IMG/VR virus record: IMGVR_UViG_3300037424_000235
Span: 1 to 39,361 of that record
Length of the DNA: 39,361 bases
From: a virus
Lineage: Duplodnaviria > Caudoviricetes
Direction: 5' to 3' (one strand)
The translations under genes and the position numbers were made by a program. Shown here one piece after another: positions 33,768-39,361 of the stretch. The notes below the pieces were generated by a model. That model saw nothing but the letters and a program-made list of their open reading frames with translations, was not told the origin of the DNA and did no database searches. Numbering within the stretch: position 1 is the first letter of the stretch; every line of letters starts with the position of its first letter.

Positions 33768-33941
33768 ATGGAAACTGAATTTGTGTGCGCGAACTGCGGG
33801 GATACACTCAGTGGAAGGCTTGACGGAACACACTCAAATGGAGCTACTTCAATCATAGTGCGGATTGAGTCCTGCGAGAACTGCCAGAAGGAAATCGAGA
33901 AAGAAGCGTATGAGCGCGGATTGAAGGAAGCCGAAGCATGA
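33768..33941 (+). CDS. Small zinc-binding protein
   Basis: GAGGTG RBS; CANC...CENC...EAYERG; not in ORF track. Confidence 0.6.
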   Translation: METEFVCANCGDTLSGRLDGTHSNGATSIIVRIESCENCQKEIEKEAYERGLKEAEA

Positions 33942-34309
33942 CCGAGGTCGAGTTGGGAGAGGAACTTCGTCAGATTTACAAGAGGATCGGGCAACCTTTG
34001 AGCCGCGATGTGGTGGGATTGATGGATGAACTGGATGATCGCTGCCAATGGCTTGCCCGGTCCTCGGAGCTTCTTGCAGAAGCGCAAGCAATGAACGACA
34101 GGCGGAGGGGGAAAGAGTCTGAGGCTTTGACCGAACTACCCGCCAGCCTCATTAGGGAACGATTGTCGGGCATTTGCGCGGACGAATCAAGGCTCCTTAA
34201 GCTCGCAGACAGACTTAACGCAACAATTGTGCATCAGATCGACGCAATACGGACCATCCTCAGTTTTGAAAAGAGTCTATCACAACAAACATCGGGGAGC
34301 CGGCCATGA
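33938..34309 (+). CDS. Helical hypothetical protein
   Basis: ATGA coupling; QIDAIRTILSFEK motif. Confidence 0.65.
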   Translation: MTEVELGEELRQIYKRIGQPLSRDVVGLMDELDDRCQWLARSSELLAEAQAMNDRRRGKESEALTELPASLIRERLSGICADESRLLKLADRLNATIVHQIDAIRTILSFEKSLSQQTSGSRP

Positions 34310-34518
34310 GCGCAAAGATTCTCACTGACAAAGACGGCTACGCCTGTCTCTACTGCTCCACGACCGAAGTAGCATTCGGCCCGATCTTCTACCCGGATGA
34401 AGACGTTGAATCATTCTTGAAGTGGCTTGTAGAGGATCCCCGGCACCTCACTCACGAAGCACTCAGCCAGAAGGTATCGGAGTGGCGAATGGCAATACTT
34501 GCGGAGCGTGAATCGTGA
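34306..34518 (+). CDS. Hypothetical protein
   Basis: ATGA coupling; ACLYCSTTEVAFGPIF, DPR. Confidence 0.65.
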   Translation: MSAKILTDKDGYACLYCSTTEVAFGPIFYPDEDVESFLKWLVEDPRHLTHEALSQKVSEWRMAILAERES

Positions 34519-34712
34519 CTGAACGCTCTCCCGAGTACGAGATATTTCACGCTAAAATCGTCGAGCTCCTCGTAGCCGCGACCGGCGAGGAATGGCGTTA
34601 CTGGTGGGATCAGATGAATGAGTACACTCAGGAATTTGAGGACGGAGAGACTCCGGAAATTGTGGCGCAAGTGAACATTGAAATATGGAATGAAGACTCC
34701 CAAACCCAATAG
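34515..34712 (+). CDS. Acidic hypothetical protein
   Basis: GTGA coupling; FEDGETPE. Confidence 0.55.
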   Translation: MTERSPEYEIFHAKIVELLVAATGEEWRYWWDQMNEYTQEFEDGETPEIVAQVNIEIWNEDSQTQ

Positions 34713-35082
34713 AGTCAGCCGTCGGTACTTGGAGAAGAGACTGGACAAGGTTCTCTTCGAGTACCTAAAAGTGAAGACGGGCCCATTCTGTCACCTACAG
34801 GGCCACGGATGTAAATGCGGCGGGGTGCTTCAACCGAATCACCTAATCACCCGAGCGAACAAGAGACTGAGATGGGACGAAGAGAACGTGATTGTCGGGT
34901 GTGAGGGCCACAATGCGTGGGCGCATTTTCACGGACCTGAGTGGGATAAACTCTGGCGCAGTCTCTGGCCGAACCGGGCAAAGTCTTTAGACCTAAAGAG
35001 ACAGGGGACGATGTACTGTAGCGAATCAATGCTGAGGATTCTGATTTCTGAGTACGAGAAAAAACTGAAGGAGGCAGCATGA
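34690..35082 (+). CDS. NinG/HNH-like nuclease
   Basis: KRLDKVL, C...C, NHLITR...LRWDEEN...GCEGHN...H. Confidence 0.7.
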   Translation: MKTPKPNRVSRRYLEKRLDKVLFEYLKVKTGPFCHLQGHGCKCGGVLQPNHLITRANKRLRWDEENVIVGCEGHNAWAHFHGPEWDKLWRSLWPNRAKSLDLKRQGTMYCSESMLRILISEYEKKLKEAA

Positions 35083-35384
35083 GTGCTACGAATTGTAGGT
35101 GCGTCGGAAGGATTGAGGCGCAGTTCGCCAAGAATACCCCGGAGGCGTTTGAGGCCGCGGTGCAGGAAGTGGACTTGTTGACGGAGCGGACGTTCAGCAC
35201 GATTGAATGGAAGACCGTGAATAAGAAACGGAAGCACATTATCCTCGCGCACACTTACTGCCCCTTCTGTGGGAAGAAATACAAATGTCGTTGCGCGGCT
35301 GAACAGGAAGAGAGGAAGATCAAGGAATTGCTTGCTCTTGATGCTGCCCTTCCCACCGAGTACGAAAGGAAGTCCGAGCCGTGA
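35079..35384 (+). CDS. Zinc-binding hypothetical protein
   Basis: NCRC...YCPFCGKKY. Confidence 0.65.
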   Translation: MSATNCRCVGRIEAQFAKNTPEAFEAAVQEVDLLTERTFSTIEWKTVNKKRKHIILAHTYCPFCGKKYKCRCAAEQEERKIKELLALDAALPTEYERKSEP

Positions 35385-35538
35385 CAGATCACCTTCCCAT
35401 CCTTGAACAGGTGGGCAACAGAATCCGTCTGACAGAGTTCGGGAGGAAGCATCTGGAGGTGTGGGGGAAGAAAAGAGAGGTCCCGAAGGTTGGAACCTTG
35501 AAGCGGTTGCTACTCAGGATTATACCGAGGGTTGATAA

Positions 35539-36156
35539 GTGAAAATGTGGCACGTCGTAAGCGGTGGGGTTCAACTTCCGGTTAGTGCTGAGACGGTTGA
35601 GGATGCGTGTGTAGAAGCGATCAAGCAATGCTCACTTGACCAGTTCGATAGGCTGATTTGTGTTTATGAGGATGGCACCTCCTTTGAGGATGGAACAACT
35701 TCGTGGGGATTTACAGAATGGTATTTACCGCGAGCGGGTTACGAAGAAATCGAGCCGCGTCTATGGAGAAGGAGGCAAGACCCAGACGAATCTTCTTCTG
35801 GCGCCTCTGGCTCGAATCAGATGAAGGGAATCAATGCTCCGACTTCTCCACCCTCCCCCCAGGAGAGTATCTCGGAAACCGTCTACATTGTGCCTTCGAA
35901 GCAGGATGGGAAGCCAAAAGGCAAAGCCTTGGAGAGGAGAAGGACACGCGATTCATTGAAAGGGTCAAAGGAGAAGGCGTCTACGTCGCACCCGATCCAG
36001 CAGGTCAACGTTGAACGCACGCCCGAAGAATGGGCGGCAATCGTAGCCGAAGCCAAAAACAATAAACAACTTTCCGACACTGGATTGGAAGTGAGGTGCG
36101 AGCCGATTACTGCGCTGTTGCTCAGGATCGGGTCGACGCCGAACGCGCCCAATTGA
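35539..36156 (+). CDS. Hypothetical protein
   Basis: GAGG then GTG; ordered N-terminus, low-complexity C-terminal half. Confidence 0.5.
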   Translation: MKMWHVVSGGVQLPVSAETVEDACVEAIKQCSLDQFDRLICVYEDGTSFEDGTTSWGFTEWYLPRAGYEEIEPRLWRRRQDPDESSSGASGSNQMKGINAPTSPPSPQESISETVYIVPSKQDGKPKGKALERRRTRDSLKGSKEKASTSHPIQQVNVERTPEEWAAIVAEAKNNKQLSDTGLEVRCEPITALLLRIGSTPNAPN

Positions 36157-36191
36157 AACTCGCCCTATGACTTTTCCGTGCTGAGGGAAAG

Positions 36192-36527
36192 ATGAAGAAC
36201 GATGCTGGGATAAACACGGATCAACTCCGGAGATGTTTCGCCGTGCTCCGTGCCATAGACCGCCACAATCGAGCAGGACCGATCAAAGGTGAGGCGATCG
36301 AGGAGGCGACGGGGGTTGATAGCCGGGTGGTGGCAAAGATCGTCTCCGTTGCCGCTGAGATGGGTGTGCAGGTGGGTTCGTGTTCTGATGGGTATTTCAA
36401 GACAACCCCGAAAGACACGAGAGAGTACTTGGCCCGGGAGAAATCCCGGCTCATCTCCCTCGGGAAGAAAATCTCGGGGGTGAAGCGCAATGCGGACAAT
36501 CCGTTGTCATTATTTGAACAGATATAA
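36192..36527 (+). CDS. Winged-helix DNA-binding protein
   Basis: PIKGEAIEEATGVDSRVVAKIV...VGSCSDGYF. Confidence 0.7.
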   Translation: MKNDAGINTDQLRRCFAVLRAIDRHNRAGPIKGEAIEEATGVDSRVVAKIVSVAAEMGVQVGSCSDGYFKTTPKDTREYLAREKSRLISLGKKISGVKRNADNPLSLFEQI

Positions 36528-36528
36528 G

Positions 36529-37041
36529 ATGAAAGAAATTGCTTTGACACGTGGGCTTGTTGCCATTGTTGATGACGAAGACTACGATTGGCTGATGGAG
36601 TGGAAATGGAACGCAGGTGCCGCCAACCACAACAAACTTTATGCCGCCCGTGGTTACCATATCAATTACCACTGTTTTGGCGTACTGATGCACCGAGCCA
36701 TTCTAAATGCTCCGTCCGGTAGTTTTGTGGACCACATCAATGGCAATACGCTTGATAATCGAAAAGAGAATCTTCGTTTTTGCACCCGCAGCCAAAACCT
36801 TTGTAATAGACAGAGACAAAAAAATGGCGCGCATGGATTCAAGGGTATTCATTTCAAGAAAACCGATGCCGCAAGGGGGTGGGCAGCATATCGTGCTCAA
36901 ATAACGGCCAGAGGCAAGCATTATGGTCTTGGGACATTCAGAACGGCGGAGGAGGCTGCTCGGGCCTATGACGTGTTGGCCAAAAAGTATCACGGTGAGT
37001 TCGCCGTCCTAAACTTCCCCAACGAAAAGGGTGCTATATAG
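36529..37041 (+). CDS. HNH-AP2 endonuclease
   Basis: IALTRG.VAIVDDEDY, MHRAIL, VDHINGNTLDNRKENLR, LGTFRTAEEAARAYD...HGEFAVLNF. Confidence 0.93.
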   Translation: MKEIALTRGLVAIVDDEDYDWLMEWKWNAGAANHNKLYAARGYHINYHCFGVLMHRAILNAPSGSFVDHINGNTLDNRKENLRFCTRSQNLCNRQRQKNGAHGFKGIHFKKTDAARGWAAYRAQITARGKHYGLGTFRTAEEAARAYDVLAKKYHGEFAVLNFPNEKGAI

Positions 37042-37845
37042 ATGGCCTACATGGAGCTGCACCAAGAATTCAGAGAGCACACAAAAGTCAAGCGCCTCGC
37101 CTCCGCTGTCGGTTGCTCCCGCGCTGAATCGCGGAGTATGATTGTCTGCCTCTGGACCTGGGCGATCGGAGAGGCACGGAATGGAGATATAACAAAATTC
37201 ACGCCAGAGGAGATTGCCGATGCCTGCCACATGGACGAGGTTGCTGGAAAAATCGAGCCGACGAAATTGAAAAAGGCACTAATTTCCGTCTCAATCCTTG
37301 ACGAAAAAGACTCAAAATTACTCATTCACGACTGGAAATCGATGGGAGTGCGCGTGCTTGAACAGAGCAGACGGCGCATGGGTAAGTATAGACGTGATAA
37401 GGAGTTTAAGGAAGGAACGGTTACGGAACCGTTACGTAACTGCAACGACTCTCTTTCTCTCTTTCTCTCTCTCTTTCCTTCTCTCTATCCCTCCCTCCGC
37501 ACAGACCGCTTCGCGAAGGCGTGGATGGACTGGGTAGAACACAGAAAAGAAAAACGGAAACCCCTTACCGATCGTCAGGCACAGAAGCAACTCGCATGGC
37601 TCGGGGCGCAATCGGATCCGGTGGCCTGCATTGACCAATCAATCCGCAATGGATGGCAGGGGTTATTCGAGTTGAAGACCGAGAAGCCGCGATTTTCTCC
37701 GCCGAATGATCCCCCGGCTCGTCGCCGCTCCACCTGGACTTGCTCAAAGTGCGGGATGGAGGATCACGCTCAGGGGCACAAGTGTCCAGAGGGTCCGGGT
37801 ATGGCGGTTGTCAACGATCTAACCGCAGCGCGGAAAATGCAATGA
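37042..37845 (+). CDS. Replication initiator (lambda O/DnaD-like architecture)
   Basis: HTKVKRLA, LWTWA, IHDW...RRRMGKYR, low-complexity linker, WMDWVEHRKEKRKPLT, SIRNGWQGLF. Confidence 0.8.
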   Translation: MAYMELHQEFREHTKVKRLASAVGCSRAESRSMIVCLWTWAIGEARNGDITKFTPEEIADACHMDEVAGKIEPTKLKKALISVSILDEKDSKLLIHDWKSMGVRVLEQSRRRMGKYRRDKEFKEGTVTEPLRNCNDSLSLFLSLFPSLYPSLRTDRFAKAWMDWVEHRKEKRKPLTDRQAQKQLAWLGAQSDPVACIDQSIRNGWQGLFELKTEKPRFSPPNDPPARRRSTWTCSKCGMEDHAQGHKCPEGPGMAVVNDLTAARKMQ

Positions 37846-38081
37846 CCACCGAAATCAACTCTCACCCCATCTCTGATGTGGCCATGAGACTTCACGATCT
37901 TGGCTGGACGGTGGTTGTATATGACGAGCCGAAGGATCGGAGCTGGTGGAAGGTTGTAATCTCAGGGAAGGACAGGCCAGTAATAATCTCCCTTGAACCT
38001 AATCTATTTGCTGCTCTCTCTGACGGAGAACGGCAGGCGAAGGCGTGGATGGCGGCGACAAAACAAGTGGAGGTAGAATAA
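37842..38081 (+). CDS. Hypothetical protein
   Basis: ATGA coupling to initiator. Confidence 0.55.
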   Translation: MTTEINSHPISDVAMRLHDLGWTVVVYDEPKDRSWWKVVISGKDRPVIISLEPNLFAALSDGERQAKAWMAATKQVEVE

Positions 38082-38082
38082 A

Positions 38083-38805
38083 GTGGCGGAAACCACAGGA
38101 ATTGAATGGGCGGATGCCACGTGGAACCCTTGGTGGGGCTGCCACAAGGTTTCTATTGGCTGCAAGAACTGCTATATGTTCCGCGACATGGCGCGGTACG
38201 GAAAAGATCCAAATGTAGTCAAACGCACGTCACCCGCGACATTCCGAAGCCCGATGAAGTGGGCAAACAAAAGAATGGTAAGGAACCGTGGGCGCATATT
38301 CACCTGTTCCTACTCGGACTGGTTTATTGAGGAAGCCGACGAATGGCGCAACGAGGCGTGGGATATAATCGCGGAGACTCTTGAATTTGATTATCTGATT
38401 CTCACGAAACGCCCCGAGAACATCAAAGCCAGGCTGCCGAAGGACTGGGGCGCGGGTTATCCGAATGTATGGCTTGGAGTGTCGGCGGAAAATCAAAAAA
38501 CTGCCGATGAGCGGATTCCAACTCTTGTGGCAATCCCGGCGCGGGTTCGTTGGATAAGCGCCGAACCGTTATTGGGCCCGCTCAATATTTCAGGATGGGA
38601 TCTTGACTGGGTGGTCGGCGGTGGCGAGAGCGACAAATTGAAACCGCGCCCCTCAGAAATAGAATGGTTCCGAAGTCTCCGTGACCAATGCGAAGCGCGC
38701 GGCATCCCATATTTCCACAAGCAACACGGTGGCTCAAAAAAGATCGAGGGAGCATGGGGTGGCCGCGTACTCGATGGGAGGATGCATAATGGATTCCCGC
38801 TGTAA
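38083..38805 (+). CDS. DUF5131 (phage Gp37/Gp68) family protein
   Basis: TGIEWADATWNPWWGCHKVSIGCKNCY, ILTKRPE, NVWLGVSAE, ISAEPLLG, VVGGGES, FHKQHGG. Confidence 0.92.
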   Translation: MAETTGIEWADATWNPWWGCHKVSIGCKNCYMFRDMARYGKDPNVVKRTSPATFRSPMKWANKRMVRNRGRIFTCSYSDWFIEEADEWRNEAWDIIAETLEFDYLILTKRPENIKARLPKDWGAGYPNVWLGVSAENQKTADERIPTLVAIPARVRWISAEPLLGPLNISGWDLDWVVGGGESDKLKPRPSEIEWFRSLRDQCEARGIPYFHKQHGGSKKIEGAWGGRVLDGRMHNGFPL

Positions 38806-38855
38806 GTATCTTCTATGGTTATTGTGACTGAACCGACCCAACAAAAAGGAGTGAA

Positions 38856-39361
38856 ATGAAACAGATCACATCGCTCACTGAAAAACAGAAAGCTCAATTT
38901 GAACCGTGGGCAAAAAAGTGGATTGAGATTGGTTTACAAACGGGAGAAACCGACTGGAAGAATTTTGAGAAGGGAATAATCGGCTGCTATAAAGCCGCAA
39001 ATCTAAAATATCCGGGACGGGTTATCCGGGTTTCTTCTCCCCTTGTTGGAGGATTGGCTGCTCCGCTTGCTGCCCTCACGATAGAGAAACTACAGGAAAA
39101 GAAGGACTCGGCGGTTCGCTTGGCAGTTGGCTCCGCAGTTGGCTCCGCAGTTGGCTCCGCAGTTTACTCCGCAGTTGACTCCGCAGTTCGCTCCGCAGTT
39201 GGCTCCGCAGTTCGCTCCGCAGTTGGCTCCGCAGTTTACTCCGCAGTTGGCTCCGCAGTTGGCTCCGCAGTTTACTCCGCAGTTGACTCCGCAGTTCGCT
39301 CCGCAGTTGGCTCCGCAGTTCGCTCCGCAGTTGGCTCCGCAGTTTACTCCGCAGTTGACTC
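38856..39361 (+). CDS. 5' part of DUF6745-like repeat protein (continues across the window end into 1..1138)
   Basis: AAGGAG RBS then ATG at 38856; open frame MKQITSLTEKQKAQFEPWAKKWIEIGLQTGETD...RVIRVSSP...KDSAVRLAVGSAVG... with no stop to the end of the window; missing from the ORF track. Confidence 0.85.
   Translation, partial: MKQITSLTEKQKAQFEPWAKKWIEIGLQTGETDWKNFEKGIIGCYKAANLKYPGRVIRVSSPLVGGLAAPLAALTIEKLQEKKDSAVRLAVGSAVGSAVGSAVYSAVDSAVRSAVGSAVRSAVGSAVYSAVGSAVGSAVYSAVDSAVRSAVGSAVRSAVGSAVYSAVD
39108..39361 (+). repeat. 12-bp coding tandem repeat, 21 units, same array as 1..480
   Basis: Same TCCGCAGTTNNC unit; terminal 'tc' joins the initial 'cgcagtt' in register. Confidence 0.97.

Noticed and set aside
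36529-37041. HNH-AP2 gene as part of an intron or intein
   Set aside because: Free-standing between two intact genes with no flanking non-coding sequence
1-39361. Complete diversity-generating retroelement
   Set aside because: No reverse transcriptase motif and no template/variable repeat pair differing at adenines was seen; only the NNC pattern is suggestive

Overview
The window looks like an essentially complete, circularly permuted ~39 kb tailed phage genome (siphovirus-like) with almost every gene on the + strand. It is opened inside a 12-bp tandem repeat of one gene that starts at 38856 and continues through the junction to 1138. Order: accessory genes with a tRNA-like RNA and RtcB (1-5962); late promoter, terminase, portal, scaffold, major capsid, neck and tail genes (5970-19632); fibre, adhesin and depolymerase-like genes (19634-28449); lysis genes (28473-30079); control region (30080-30584); early recombination and replication genes (30729-38805). 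I recognised no integrase, CI-like repressor, helicase or polymerase. The most striking signal is five genes inside the virion module that carry Sec-type signal peptides. Four expose Gln at the predicted +1 position, and several contain D-(S/T)-x motifs matching the Bacteroidota O-glycosylation sequon. This suggests virion parts are exported and matured in the host periplasm. Other signals are a hypervariable SAVx repeat gene with its usual partner, a non-canonical tRNA-like RNA, a phased TAAC array, an RBS-sequestering RNA switch, a -1 frameshift and an unannotated antisense membrane gene. All family assignments come from motif recognition, not database searches.
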